Shown in pieces: positions 46,247-55,407 of a stretch of DNA of 64,000 bases. Numbering within the stretch: position 1 is the stretch's first letter; every line of letters starts with the position of its first letter. The notes below the pieces were generated by a model that was not told where the DNA came from, did no database searches, and saw only the letters and a list, made by a program, of their open reading frames with translations. Location of the stretch: the NCBI GenBank assembly GCA_965248595.1, contig CBDFJM010000005.1:66400-130399 (forward strand), in the 5' to 3' direction. The position numbers and the translations under genes are program-made. The stretch comes from Dehalococcoidia bacterium. Lineage in GTDB: Bacteria > Chloroflexota > Dehalococcoidia > Lucifugimonadales > SHYF01.

Positions 46247-47647
46247 TCACGTCTCTTTAACGGCAGCAACCAGTTCAGTGGCCATCTTTTTGGCGTCGCC
46301 AAAAAGCATCAGGGTATTGTCGGCAGCAAAGAGAGGGTTCGGGATCCCAGCGAACCCAGGGCTAAGGCTACGCTTGACTACTACCACGGAGCGGGCCTGG
46401 TCCACGTTGAGGATGGGCATCCCTGCAATGGGAATGGACGGGTCTGCCTTGCGTGCCATTGGATTGACCACATCGTTGGCTCCAATGACCAGCACCACGT
46501 CCGTTTGCCTGAAAGTGGGGTTGATCTCGTCCATCTCTATTAGCTTGTCATATGGAACATTTGCCTCCGCCAGCAGCACGTTCATGTGCCCTGGCATTCG
46601 CCCCGCCACGGGGTGGATGGCGTACTCCACTTCCGTACCTCTGGATTCCAGAATGTTGGCCAATTCCTGCACAGCGTATTGGGCCTGGGCAACGGCCATC
46701 CCATACCCTGGGACTATGACCACTCGCCGTGCCCCATCCATCAGCATGGCCACCTCCTCCGCGGAGGCCGACTTCACGCGCCCGGCGTATGTCTCTTCGC
46801 CCTCGGCGGCGGTGGCCACCTTCGCGCCAACGCCGGCAAACATAACGTTGGCCAAAGAACGGTTCATAGCTTTGGACATTATGGCAGTAAGTATGAATCC
46901 GGCGGCACCAACCAGCGAGCCGGCAATAATGAGCACACTGTTGTTGAGGACCCATCCGTGGCCCGCCGCCGCCAGCCCGGAGTAGGCATTAAGAAGGGAT
47001 ATGACCACGGGCATATCGGCCCCGCCGATAGGTAAGACCAGCATGATACCAAGAACAGCAGCCACCGCCACCAAAATCCAGAAGGGCAATGATACTGATT
47101 GGTCTGCCACAAGCCACGCACTCAGCCCAAGGCAAACAAGCGCTAGCAGCGCGTTTATGACATGCCGCCCGGGCAGGATCACCGGCCGCTCTGTCATTAG
47201 CCCCTGGAGCTTGGCAAAGGCCACCACGCTGCCAGTCATGGCAATGCCGCCAATAATGCCCGCAGCCGCGGCAGAGACAGTGAACTGGTACGATACAGCC
47301 TCTACCCCTGCTCCCCTGAGAGACTCCTCTAAGGCAGCACCGACAGCCAGGGCCGAAGCGCCACCACCAAGGCCGTTCAGGATGGCCACCATTTGCGGCA
47401 TGGCGTTCATGGATACCCTGTACGCCATGATAGCTCCCACCAGGCTCCCCACCACCAGGCCAGCAACGATAACCTGAAAGCTGACTATGCGCTGGTCCAG
47501 CAGGGTCACCACCACGGCTACCAGCATGCCCGTGGCCGACAGGATATTGCCCCGTACCGCTGTCTTGGCACGCGACATGTCCCGCAGGCCAAGTATGAAC
47601 AAGACCGCGGCGACCAAGTAGAACAGTTTGATTAGGTCATCAGACAT
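46247..47647 (-). CDS. pntB: NAD(P) transhydrogenase subunit beta
   Basis: 466 aa. Membrane domain plus C-terminal dIII (...VIVPGYGMAVAQAQ...HPVAGRMPGHMNVLLAEA...VIGANDVVNP). Confidence 0.95.
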   Translation of the reverse strand: MSDDLIKLFYLVAAVLFILGLRDMSRAKTAVRGNILSATGMLVAVVVTLLDQRIVSFQVIVAGLVVGSLVGAIMAYRVSMNAMPQMVAILNGLGGGASALAVGAALEESLRGAGVEAVSYQFTVSAAAAGIIGGIAMTGSVVAFAKLQGLMTERPVILPGRHVINALLALVCLGLSAWLVADQSVSLPFWILVAVAAVLGIMLVLPIGGADMPVVISLLNAYSGLAAAGHGWVLNNSVLIIAGSLVGAAGFILTAIMSKAMNRSLANVMFAGVGAKVATAAEGEETYAGRVKSASAEEVAMLMDGARRVVIVPGYGMAVAQAQYAVQELANILESRGTEVEYAIHPVAGRMPGHMNVLLAEANVPYDKLIEMDEINPTFRQTDVVLVIGANDVVNPMARKADPSIPIAGMPILNVDQARSVVVVKRSLSPGFAGIPNPLFAADNTLMLFGDAKKMATELVAAVKET

Positions 47648-47659
47648 GTGATACTCCGG

Positions 47660-47941
47660 TCACTTTTTCCCGTGGAACATCCCCAACATTCGGTGCGTCA
47701 CCAGGAAGCCGCCCACAACGTTTATGGTAGCCATGGTTACGGCTGTGAACCCCAAGATGGTGGTAAGGGTAGTCAGCTGCAGGCCCGATGTCACCAATGT
47801 CCCCACCAGGGTTATCCCAGAGATGGCATTCGCTCCAGACATAAGAGGCGTATGCAAGAGAGGCGGCACCTTGGAAATCAGCTCAAAGCCCACAAAGAGG
47901 GCCAGCACAAAGATGGTCAGGGACGCCACTAGGACTTCCAT
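47660..47941 (-). CDS. pntAB: NAD(P) transhydrogenase subunit alpha part 2 (membrane)
   Basis: 93-aa three-helix protein (...PLMSGANAISGI...) between pntAA and pntB. Its start overlaps the pntAA stop. Confidence 0.9.
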   Translation of the reverse strand: MEVLVASLTIFVLALFVGFELISKVPPLLHTPLMSGANAISGITLVGTLVTSGLQLTTLTTILGFTAVTMATINVVGGFLVTHRMLGMFHGKK

Positions 47942-49131
47942 CAGGAGACGCTCCTTTCGCCTTCGGACTGCACGGGTGCAGCCAGGCCTAGCAACTCCCG
48001 CACGCGGGGATTGACTACCTCTCCCTGGTGGGTGAGCAAAGACTCACTCAGAATCGGATCCGCTAGATCGATTTGGAGTTCCCCACCTTTTACCAGGGTC
48101 TGAAGAAAAGCGCTCACGTTCCGGGCATACATCTGGCTGGCGTGGTAAGGCACCGTGGAGGGAAGGTTGGCCGGCCCCATAATAGTGACATCGTGGGTCT
48201 CCACCGTCTCCCCCTGTCGGGTCAACTCGCAGTTGCCGCCGCTCTCGGCTGCCAGGTCTACGATGACCGAGCCGGACCGCATCCCACGTACCATCTCCTC
48301 AGTGACCAGCATGGGAGCCTTGCCGCCCGGCACAGCGGCGGTGGTGATGACCACGTCGCTTTCAGCCACCACGCGGGCCAGCACCTCCCGTTGGCGCTGG
48401 TAGAATTCCTCCCCCATAGCCCGCGCGTATCCGCCGGCCCCTTCGGCTCCCTGGGTCTCCAGCCCCGTCTCCACGAACTTGGCCCCCAGGCTTTCCACCT
48501 GCTCCTTGACCACTGGCCGCACGTCATACGCCTGCACGACCGCACCCAGGCGGCGGGCAGTGGCAATGGCTTGAAGCCCAGCTACACCTGCTCCCATCAC
48601 AAAGAGCCTGGTCGGAGCGATGGTCCCGGCAGCGGTGATCATCATGGGAAATAGCTTTGGCAAAGCCGCCGCGGCCAGAAGAACAGCCTTGTATCCTGAC
48701 ACCGTGGCCATGGCACTCAGAGCGTCCATGGGCTGGGCACGGCTGATGCGGGGGAGCAGCTCCAGAGCAAAGGCGGTAACGCCCTTTGCTGCAAGCTCCG
48801 TCACAGCCTGGGGTTCCCCAAGAGGATTCAATAACCCAAGCAATACCTGCCCGGTCCTAAGGTTCTCCACTTGGGAACGGCCAGCTTCGGGGGCGGTAGA
48901 AGGCCCATGAACCTGGGCCAGGATATCGGCGTCTGAGAAGAGGTGGCCCCGGCTCTGGGCCACACTTGCGCCCTGCTCCAAGTAGGAGGCATCGGGAAAA
49001 CCTGCTTTTTCGCCCGCTCCTGCCTCTACGTGGACCTCCAGCCCCGCCTTGACCAGAGCAGCCACTACCCCAGGCACCAGGGCGACTCGCCGCTCCCCCG
49101 GGTAGCTTTCTACAGGCACGCCTAGAATCAT
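47941..49131 (-). CDS. pntAA: NAD(P) transhydrogenase subunit alpha part 1 (dI, NAD(H)-binding)
   Basis: Alanine-dehydrogenase/PNT fold with VMGAGVAGLQAIATARRLGA (Rossmann motif). Confidence 0.95.
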   Translation of the reverse strand: MILGVPVESYPGERRVALVPGVVAALVKAGLEVHVEAGAGEKAGFPDASYLEQGASVAQSRGHLFSDADILAQVHGPSTAPEAGRSQVENLRTGQVLLGLLNPLGEPQAVTELAAKGVTAFALELLPRISRAQPMDALSAMATVSGYKAVLLAAAALPKLFPMMITAAGTIAPTRLFVMGAGVAGLQAIATARRLGAVVQAYDVRPVVKEQVESLGAKFVETGLETQGAEGAGGYARAMGEEFYQRQREVLARVVAESDVVITTAAVPGGKAPMLVTEEMVRGMRSGSVIVDLAAESGGNCELTRQGETVETHDVTIMGPANLPSTVPYHASQMYARNVSAFLQTLVKGGELQIDLADPILSESLLTHQGEVVNPRVRELLGLAAPVQSEGERSVS

Positions 49132-49365
49132 TTGAACCTCATTCGCACGTTGTGCAGACTACGCCACGAGGGAGTATTGTACAACTGTTTGGCATTGCTG
49201 CATACTCAGTTTTAGGTATTTGCCCTTACGCGAGCGCCGGGCACGCAGTTCTCCCGAAAGGCATCAGCACAGCTTGAGCTTTCCTGCACTCGACTTTCTG
49301 TCACAGCGTATGCCCAAGCTAGTACGTTGTATCCTACCGTCACCAAGAAACACAGGAGGCCACGT

Positions 49366-49809
49366 ATGAACCTTTCTCTCATAGCCATGGCTATCATCAC
49401 AGTCGCCGTGGGAATAGGCATCGCTCTACAGGCCGCCGTCAACGCCGCCTTGGCTCGCCACGTGGGAACCATCGAAGCCACGTTGGTATCCGTAACTATC
49501 ACCTGGCTCTTCGTGGCAACACTTCTATTCACGGGGTTGCGACGAGGCAGCCTTGGCCAGGTCCTCTCTGTACCACCTTATCTTCTAATAGGCGGCTTCC
49601 TTGGGGCTGCTATACTCATCACGGCCATCACCGTAGTGCCACGGCTGGGAGCAGGTGGCCTCATCGCCGCCTTCGTGGTGGGGCAGCTTATCGGCTCGCT
49701 GGTACTGGACCATTTCGGAGCCTTCGGCCTGCGTCAAATACCAGTGACACCTGGCCGCCTGGTGGGAGCAGCTCTCCTGCTGGCGGGGATGCGCCTGATC
49801 GTCCGGTGA
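49366..49809 (+). CDS. DMT-superfamily membrane protein (DUF606/YdcZ-like)
   Basis: About 147 aa, five helices. GIALQAAVNAAL...GQL..S...DHFG is typical of DUF606. ATG 49366 follows AGGAGG. Confidence 0.65.
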   Translation: MNLSLIAMAIITVAVGIGIALQAAVNAALARHVGTIEATLVSVTITWLFVATLLFTGLRRGSLGQVLSVPPYLLIGGFLGAAILITAITVVPRLGAGGLIAAFVVGQLIGSLVLDHFGAFGLRQIPVTPGRLVGAALLLAGMRLIVR

Positions 49810-49848
49810 CGTATCTCAGGCAGGGGCACAGGAGAGATTGCTCAAAAG

Positions 49849-50247
49849 CTACATGGCCGCCAGGCCAGCCTTGGCCACATCCTCGTCCTGCTGAGATGTG
49901 GCTCCGCTAACACCCACAGCCCCGACATTCTGGCCATCCTCTGTTATCGGCATAGCCCCCTGCCCGAACACCACGCGGCCCTGGTTCATCTGGATTATGC
50001 TCTGGAAGACGGGGCTTCCGGCCCGCTCCGCCAGAACGCCGCTGGGCTGGCCGAAAAAGGCGGAGGCAAGGGCCTTTCCCTGCGATATGGCCACGGTGGT
50101 GAAACGCGCACCGTTCATGCGCGCAAAGGCTATCAAGTCACCTCTGGCGTCTACCACAGCGATGCAAACATTGACGCCTAGGGCCTCGGCGCTCTTGCGG
50201 CCAGCGGCGATGATCTTCTCGGCCTGTTCCAGGGTTACTGGCATCAT
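49849..50247 (-). CDS. GlcG/HbpS-like heme-binding protein (DUF336)
   Basis: CIAVVDARGDLIAFARMNGA...ISQGKA...GAVGVSG is the family signature. ATG 50247 follows AGGAGGA. Confidence 0.8.
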   Translation of the reverse strand: MMPVTLEQAEKIIAAGRKSAEALGVNVCIAVVDARGDLIAFARMNGARFTTVAISQGKALASAFFGQPSGVLAERAGSPVFQSIIQMNQGRVVFGQGAMPITEDGQNVGAVGVSGATSQQDEDVAKAGLAAM

Positions 50248-50358
50248 GATCCTCCTGACTTTGCTTATATTGGTATGATGCCAAGTGGTCCCTGGCATTA
50301 GCGGCGCATAGAAAAGAGGGCGATCTCTGAAAGACCGCCCTCTTCTGTAGCCATTCGC

Positions 50359-50835
50359 TCAGGAGCGCCTGGTTCTGGCCGGTGCCGCGGGAGCCTTCTT
50401 AAGCCGGTCCTTCTCCAGTGCCGGCCGCCACTTGGGCAGGCTAATCTCCGGCGTAATGTCCTCGAACACCACCTCTACCGGCATGTTGTTGTAGATGGTG
50501 TGCGGATCGCACTGTACAATGTTGGTGGTCATCCGGCAGTCGCTCTGCTCTGCCAGGGCAATCAGTGCCACCGCATACGGGATCTCCTCATCGAAGCCGG
50601 GAACGTTGCTCTGGTGGATAATAATCCAGCTATAGATCGTACCTTTGCCGCTGAGCTTGACCCACTCATGGTCCCACGAGTTGCATTTGTAGCATATCGG
50701 CCCCGGATTCCACCGGTAACTGTGGCATTCAGAGCACCGCTGGATCCGCAACTCGTGTTGCTTGCTTGCATCCCAGAAGGGCTTACTATCGGCGTCGGGT
50801 ACAGGGATGGGCTTACGGTATTGCGTAGTGGTCAT
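50359..50835 (-). CDS. Zn-ribbon/OB-fold protein (DUF35 family)
   Basis: FWDASKQHELRIQRCSECHSYRWNPGPICYKCNS (a four-Cys ribbon) followed by an OB-fold segment. Lies directly downstream of two thiolase-like genes. Confidence 0.85.
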   Translation of the reverse strand: MTTTQYRKPIPVPDADSKPFWDASKQHELRIQRCSECHSYRWNPGPICYKCNSWDHEWVKLSGKGTIYSWIIIHQSNVPGFDEEIPYAVALIALAEQSDCRMTTNIVQCDPHTIYNNMPVEVVFEDITPEISLPKWRPALEKDRLKKAPAAPARTRRS

Positions 50836-50845
50836 GCTTTATCCC

Positions 50846-52018
50846 TTACCCTTTCCTTAGAATAAGTGCAGCGCCGTGGGGTCCGCCCTGGCCTGTGGTC
50901 AGGACTAGCTCCGCATTTTTCACCTGGCGCTCCGCTGGCAACTCGTGCCGTAGCTGGCGTGCCCCTTCAATAACGTGTCCCAGTCCCTGCCTATACGCCT
51001 CGGAGAGGTTGCCTCCATGGGTATTGACCGGGAGCTCGCCGCCTAGCCTGATGCGGTGTCCACCCTCCACAAATGGTCCACCCTCGCCCTTGTCCACAAA
51101 ACCGAAGTCTTCCAACTGGATGAGGGTAATGGAGGTAAAGCAGTCGTACAGTTCCGCGGCGTCAATGTCCTTGGGTGTTACACCCGCCATCTCGAAGACC
51201 CGGGGGGCCGTGTACTTGCCGTACAGCTCCGTCAGGTCCGGCCACATATCCCCATGTGCTGACATGGGGCCTGTGCCCGCTGCCGCTCCCAAAATGTGTA
51301 CTGGCCTGTGCTTCAGCGACTTGGCCCGCTCAGCAGTGGTAATTATCAAAGCGCAACCCTGGTCGGTATCCAGGCAGCAGTCCAGCAGATGGAAGGGCTC
51401 CACCACCCAACGGGATGTCTGGTGGTCTTCCAGGGTAATGGGCGATGGCATCTGGGAGAGAGGGTTCAGGGATGCATGATACCTGGCGGCGACGGCTATC
51501 CAGCCAAGCTGCTCGCTGGTGGTGCCGTACTTCTCCATGTGCGTCCTGGCCTTCATGGCGAAGCCCTGAGGCGGCGTGGCCATTCCATACAGGCTACCCC
51601 CTGCGGCTCCACGAACCTTGGGAGGCCCATCGGCGCCGGCAAATCTTCCCATCCCGCCAATTCGGGTGCCGGAGCGACCGTTCTGGGCCCTGTACAGCAC
51701 CGCATAGTTACATACTCCCGCGTTCACCATGGCAGCTGCGGTCAGGACGGCAGTATTGGAGGCGAACCCTCCGCCGGAGTAAACTCCGCTCCACTTGAGT
51801 TCAGGGATGCCCAGAGCGCTGGCCACCTGGTGTGGAGTGACCGAATCGGGCCCGTTGTTGGTGGCAATGCCGTCAATGTCCTTGGAGTTCAACCCGGCGT
51901 CCTCGATGGCCTCCTTGACGGCCCTGGTTGCCAGCGTCAACACACTTACGCCGGACTGTTTCATGCCCGGAGTGGCCCCAATTCCCACAATTGCAATCTT
52001 GTCTCGAAAGTCTCGCAT
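50846..52018 (-). CDS. thiolase-superfamily protein (SCP-x/Ltp-like), apparently lacking the thiolase catalytic Cys and His
   Basis: KIAIVGIG...; GGGFASNT sits where the C(A/G)SG nucleophile motif is expected; GGNLSEAYRQGLG sits where GG..s.GHP.GAtG is expected. ATG 52018 follows AAGGAG. These alignments were done by eye. Confidence 0.7.
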   Translation of the reverse strand: MRDFRDKIAIVGIGATPGMKQSGVSVLTLATRAVKEAIEDAGLNSKDIDGIATNNGPDSVTPHQVASALGIPELKWSGVYSGGGFASNTAVLTAAAMVNAGVCNYAVLYRAQNGRSGTRIGGMGRFAGADGPPKVRGAAGGSLYGMATPPQGFAMKARTHMEKYGTTSEQLGWIAVAARYHASLNPLSQMPSPITLEDHQTSRWVVEPFHLLDCCLDTDQGCALIITTAERAKSLKHRPVHILGAAAGTGPMSAHGDMWPDLTELYGKYTAPRVFEMAGVTPKDIDAAELYDCFTSITLIQLEDFGFVDKGEGGPFVEGGHRIRLGGELPVNTHGGNLSEAYRQGLGHVIEGARQLRHELPAERQVKNAELVLTTGQGGPHGAALILRKG

Positions 52019-52082
52019 GATCCCGCTCCTTTCCCCCATGGGGTATGTACCAAGTGCCAAGAACCCTCTACAGAATAGGCTT

Positions 52083-53243
52083 TCAGCGACGCAAAATCAA
52101 TGCGCTTCCCCGGTCGAACTCATGGCTGGTGCATATGGCGACCTCAGCGTTCTTCACCTGGCGAGGACCAGCCTGTCCTCGCAACTGGATAACGGCCTCC
52201 ACCACTTGCGCCAGCCCCTCCATCTCTCCCTCCGCCAGCGATCCACCGTTGGTGTTCACCGGGAGCTTGCCTCCCAACTCGATGGCGCCGCTTTTCACGA
52301 AATCGCCGGCTTCGCCCTCCTTGCAGAAGCCGAAATCTTCCAACTGAGGAAGGACCATCCATGAGAATGGGTCGTGCAACTCCGCCACATCCACATCCTT
52401 GGGGCCTATGCCAGCCTGCTCATACAGTCGGGCACCCAGCCGCTTGCTGAAGCACTCGCCTAGCTCCGAACTCATGTAGCCCAGACTGGGTTTGTCCGTG
52501 TTGCCGCTCTGCGCCGCCATAATGTATATTGGAGGATGGCGCAGGTCTTTGGCCCTCTCCACGCTGGTCACTATCACGGCGCAGGCCCCCACGGCCTCCA
52601 CGAAGCAGTCCAGCGACCGTAGCGGGTCGGCTACCAGAGGAGAGGCAAGATAGTCGTTCAGGGAAACATGGGTCCGTAGAAGCGCCCGGTCATTCAAGGT
52701 GGCGTTGTTGCGGGCCGCCATGACCACTCGCCCGAAATCCTCTTGTTGGGTCCCATAATTGATCATGCGCCGCCGGGCCATCATCGCGGACCGGTGGGTC
52801 CCTGCATTCATACCGTAGGGCTGACCGTACTGGCGCTCCTCCCATAAAGCATCGGAGTCAAGGCCTTGCAGACCTATCATAGGGTTGTGGTTGGCCCACC
52901 GGTTTACCACGTGGAAGACAATGGCGTAGTCGCCCAGGTTCTGCATCGTCGCTGCAGCTGCCATGCCGATAAGCTCGTCGGCGACATAGGAACCTCCTGG
53001 AGTGCCATCCCAGTTCCAATAGAGTTGCTCCAGCCCCAGGATAGTCTCCAGGAGACCCTGGTTGGGCGTGTCTCCCCGGGTGTAGCTGGCGACGCTATGT
53101 ATCTGCTTTGTCTTGAGGCCGGCGTCTTGAATGGCGTTCAACGCCGCTTCTGCCGCAAGGTTCAGGTTGCTTATCCCTGCCGACTGGGTGAACTTGGTGT
53201 AGCCTATGCCCACGATGGCTGCCTGATCTGTGAAAGTGCTCAT
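52083..53243 (-). CDS. thiolase-superfamily protein (SCP-x/Ltp-like), second paralogue, also lacking canonical catalytic residues
   Basis: QAAIVGIGYT...; GGSYVADE at the expected nucleophile position; GGSLAEGEMEGLA at the GHP position. By-eye alignment. Confidence 0.7.
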   Translation of the reverse strand: MSTFTDQAAIVGIGYTKFTQSAGISNLNLAAEAALNAIQDAGLKTKQIHSVASYTRGDTPNQGLLETILGLEQLYWNWDGTPGGSYVADELIGMAAAATMQNLGDYAIVFHVVNRWANHNPMIGLQGLDSDALWEERQYGQPYGMNAGTHRSAMMARRRMINYGTQQEDFGRVVMAARNNATLNDRALLRTHVSLNDYLASPLVADPLRSLDCFVEAVGACAVIVTSVERAKDLRHPPIYIMAAQSGNTDKPSLGYMSSELGECFSKRLGARLYEQAGIGPKDVDVAELHDPFSWMVLPQLEDFGFCKEGEAGDFVKSGAIELGGKLPVNTNGGSLAEGEMEGLAQVVEAVIQLRGQAGPRQVKNAEVAICTSHEFDRGSALILRR

Positions 53244-53357
53244 AGTTTGTATTACAACCGTTTACCTGTATTTTGCCCGCATTTTACATCCCATTTTGCG
53301 GCCCTGCAAACCCCTTTGCATCTCGCTATTCAAAGCGGATAAGGTTCCGAACAGCCG

Positions 53358-54296
53358 CTAGAATATGGCCACCGGGTTCAAAGGAGACCCCGTGGCGTTT
53401 TTCCACCGTAGTGGCGATGTGACGAACAGGAACTCCCACCTGTTTTCCCGAGCGCACACCTCGGCCAGGCTCTCGTAGCTGCCCGAATCTATTATCCATA
53501 GCCCCATGGCGCAGATTCCCACGGCGTGGACCGGCAGCGGAAAGAGCAGGTCGGTGTCGAATCCGGTGGGAGCCACGTCGGTGGCGGCGTCGGCTCCAAT
53601 AAGGGCCACCTGCCGCTCGTGAACCCATGGTAGACTGGCGGCGGCCAACCCCGGGCGGCCAGGCAACGGCGGCGGTCCTTCCACCTCCCGCTGCTTTGGC
53701 CAGCCTGTCCGGTACAGCAGGGCATCGCCGGGTTGCACCTTCACCCCCTGTGCCTTCTCCGCGGCCTCCAGGTCCTCCGGATAGATCCCATCTCCCGGTC
53801 CCATCCACTGAACACCCCTGAGCCTGGCGATGTCCAACAGAACACCCCGGGTGACAATGCCGTCTTCCAGCACCTGAACGCCGCCCTTGGATGCCTTCTC
53901 TCTTGCGTTCACCAGGCTGGCGTCCAGTCCGTTGTAGGACTTTCGGTTCCAAAAGATGTGGGAGAAGGTGTCAATATGGGTGATGTGGTAGCCGTGGAAA
54001 GCAAGTCCAATAAAATCACTAGCTCCACCCATGCCCTTCTCAGGAGCCTCAGTGCCGGTGCCCATCATAAAATGAAGCGGGTTGTTAGCAACATCCTGGG
54101 CGTTCTCCGGGTACAGCATTCTGGAGCAGCTTACGGTTATCCCCTTTTGCACCAGCTTGGCGGCGGCTATCCGCGTCTCCGGCGTGACATAGTTCATCGT
54201 TCCCAGCTCATCGTCGGGCCCCCAACGTCCCCAATTGCTCAGGGAGTCCATATACTTATTCACTTCTTGGGCCGAGGGGTTGGACTTGGTGGTCAT
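53358..54296 (-). CDS. cyclase-family metal-dependent hydrolase (kynurenine-formamidase-like)
   Basis: FHGYHITHIDTFSHIF resembles the H.G.H.D.P.H metal motif of PF04199. 312 aa. Confidence 0.65.
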   Translation of the reverse strand: MTTKSNPSAQEVNKYMDSLSNWGRWGPDDELGTMNYVTPETRIAAAKLVQKGITVSCSRMLYPENAQDVANNPLHFMMGTGTEAPEKGMGGASDFIGLAFHGYHITHIDTFSHIFWNRKSYNGLDASLVNAREKASKGGVQVLEDGIVTRGVLLDIARLRGVQWMGPGDGIYPEDLEAAEKAQGVKVQPGDALLYRTGWPKQREVEGPPPLPGRPGLAAASLPWVHERQVALIGADAATDVAPTGFDTDLLFPLPVHAVGICAMGLWIIDSGSYESLAEVCARENRWEFLFVTSPLRWKNATGSPLNPVAIF

Positions 54297-54495
54297 GGCT
54301 ACCTCCTTAACGAAGTTCTACAAAATCCTGCGATTGCAAGGGTCGTATGGATAGGCCAAGGTACCCTCCATTCCCTGACCACGCATGAGTTTATAACAGG
54401 CCCAAAGGGCAGTCAATAAGGCTGCTGGATACGTTCTGTTTGCTTGTAGGTGGTTGTGGCTAAACCTGGCACTAAAGTACCCGGTTTAGGTTCAG

Positions 54496-54525
54496 CCAGC
54501 CCCCCTACTAAAGTCGGGGGGCTGG
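54496..54525. repeat. hairpin in the divergent intergenic region, loop related to the AAAGTCGG repeat family
   Basis: CCAGCCCCCC tactaaagtc GGGGGGCTGG is a perfect 10-bp stem. Confidence 0.5.
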
Positions 54526-54565
54526 ACGCCCAGTAGAAGCAAACAGTGCCTCTTCTATCAGAGTC

Positions 54566-54594
54566 TTGACAACAAGGCTTTGTCGTTGTAACTT
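54566..54594 (+). promoter_or_regulatory. weak candidate promoter for the hot-dog gene array
   Basis: TTGACA (54566..54571), a 17-nt spacer, then TAACTT (54589..54594). The spacer contains ACAAggctTTGT. Confidence 0.3.
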
Positions 54595-54753
54595 GCCGCT
54601 ATCACCACTACGGCCGCAGCCCGCCTTGCATTGAACCCATAGCGGACAGGTGGCACGTCTTTTGCGGCAGCCAACCGCCAGATCCTTTTGGGGCACCGCC
54701 CCTCTAACTTAACTCGCTCTGCTGCCAAATATAACCTGTGAAGGAAGGAACCC

Positions 54754-55368
54754 ATGACCACCAGCGAGAATCAACCAGTCGCACCATCGCCCAGGGGAGA
54801 CTCCCAATACACCTGGGAGGACACCATCGCCGCCATCGGTCAGGACCTCGCCAGCGGTGAGGAGCACGTAGCCGACGAGGTGATAGACTCTACGGCCGTG
54901 GAGCGCTTCTGCGAGCCTTGGGAAATAGGCAACCCTCTCCACTGGGATAAAGAGGTTGCCAAACAGGCCGGCTACCGGGACATAGTAGTGCCCTGGAGCG
55001 CCATCAAGCAGACCTTCGCCTACATGGGGGCTTGGAGGCCTGGGGACGCCACCCGATTTCCTACCACTATGCATAAGGATGCCACGGCGCGGCTTGGCAG
55101 CTTCTCGCCCACTGGCAGACCCGTCCCAAAACCACCCACGTCCACAGGGATTGTCACCGACATAGATATCGAGTTCTTTGAGCCAGTGTGCGTGGGAGAC
55201 AGCATTAGCGTCAAGGGCAATAAACTGGTCAACGTCAGGCCCAGGACGACACGCATAGGCGAAGGTGCCTTCATGAACCGCGAAAGCGAGTTCTATAATC
55301 AGCGTGGAGAGCTGGTAGCACGAGCTAATTCGGGAGGCTTCTCTTACAATCCGACAAGAAAAGACTAG
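54754..55368 (+). CDS. MaoC_dehydratase_N-type hot-dog protein, array copy 1 (most divergent)
   Basis: 204 aa. WEIGNPLHWDKEVAKQAGY matches the degenerate hydratase motif of the N-terminal-half MaoC family. Conserved blocks EFFEPVCVGD and TRIGEGAFMNRESEFYNQRGELVAR. GAAGGAAGGA lies upstream. Confidence 0.8.
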   Translation: MTTSENQPVAPSPRGDSQYTWEDTIAAIGQDLASGEEHVADEVIDSTAVERFCEPWEIGNPLHWDKEVAKQAGYRDIVVPWSAIKQTFAYMGAWRPGDATRFPTTMHKDATARLGSFSPTGRPVPKPPTSTGIVTDIDIEFFEPVCVGDSISVKGNKLVNVRPRTTRIGEGAFMNRESEFYNQRGELVARANSGGFSYNPTRKD

Positions 55369-55407
55369 GGCTAGAATCAAGCTACGCCAGGAGCAAAAGG
55401 AGGAAGG

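Noticed and set aside
53326-53952. 208-aa minus-strand ORF overlapping the cyclase gene in another frame
   Set aside because: It is an alternative-frame, Gly/Arg-rich product of a GC-rich region. The cyclase frame carries the conserved metal motif.
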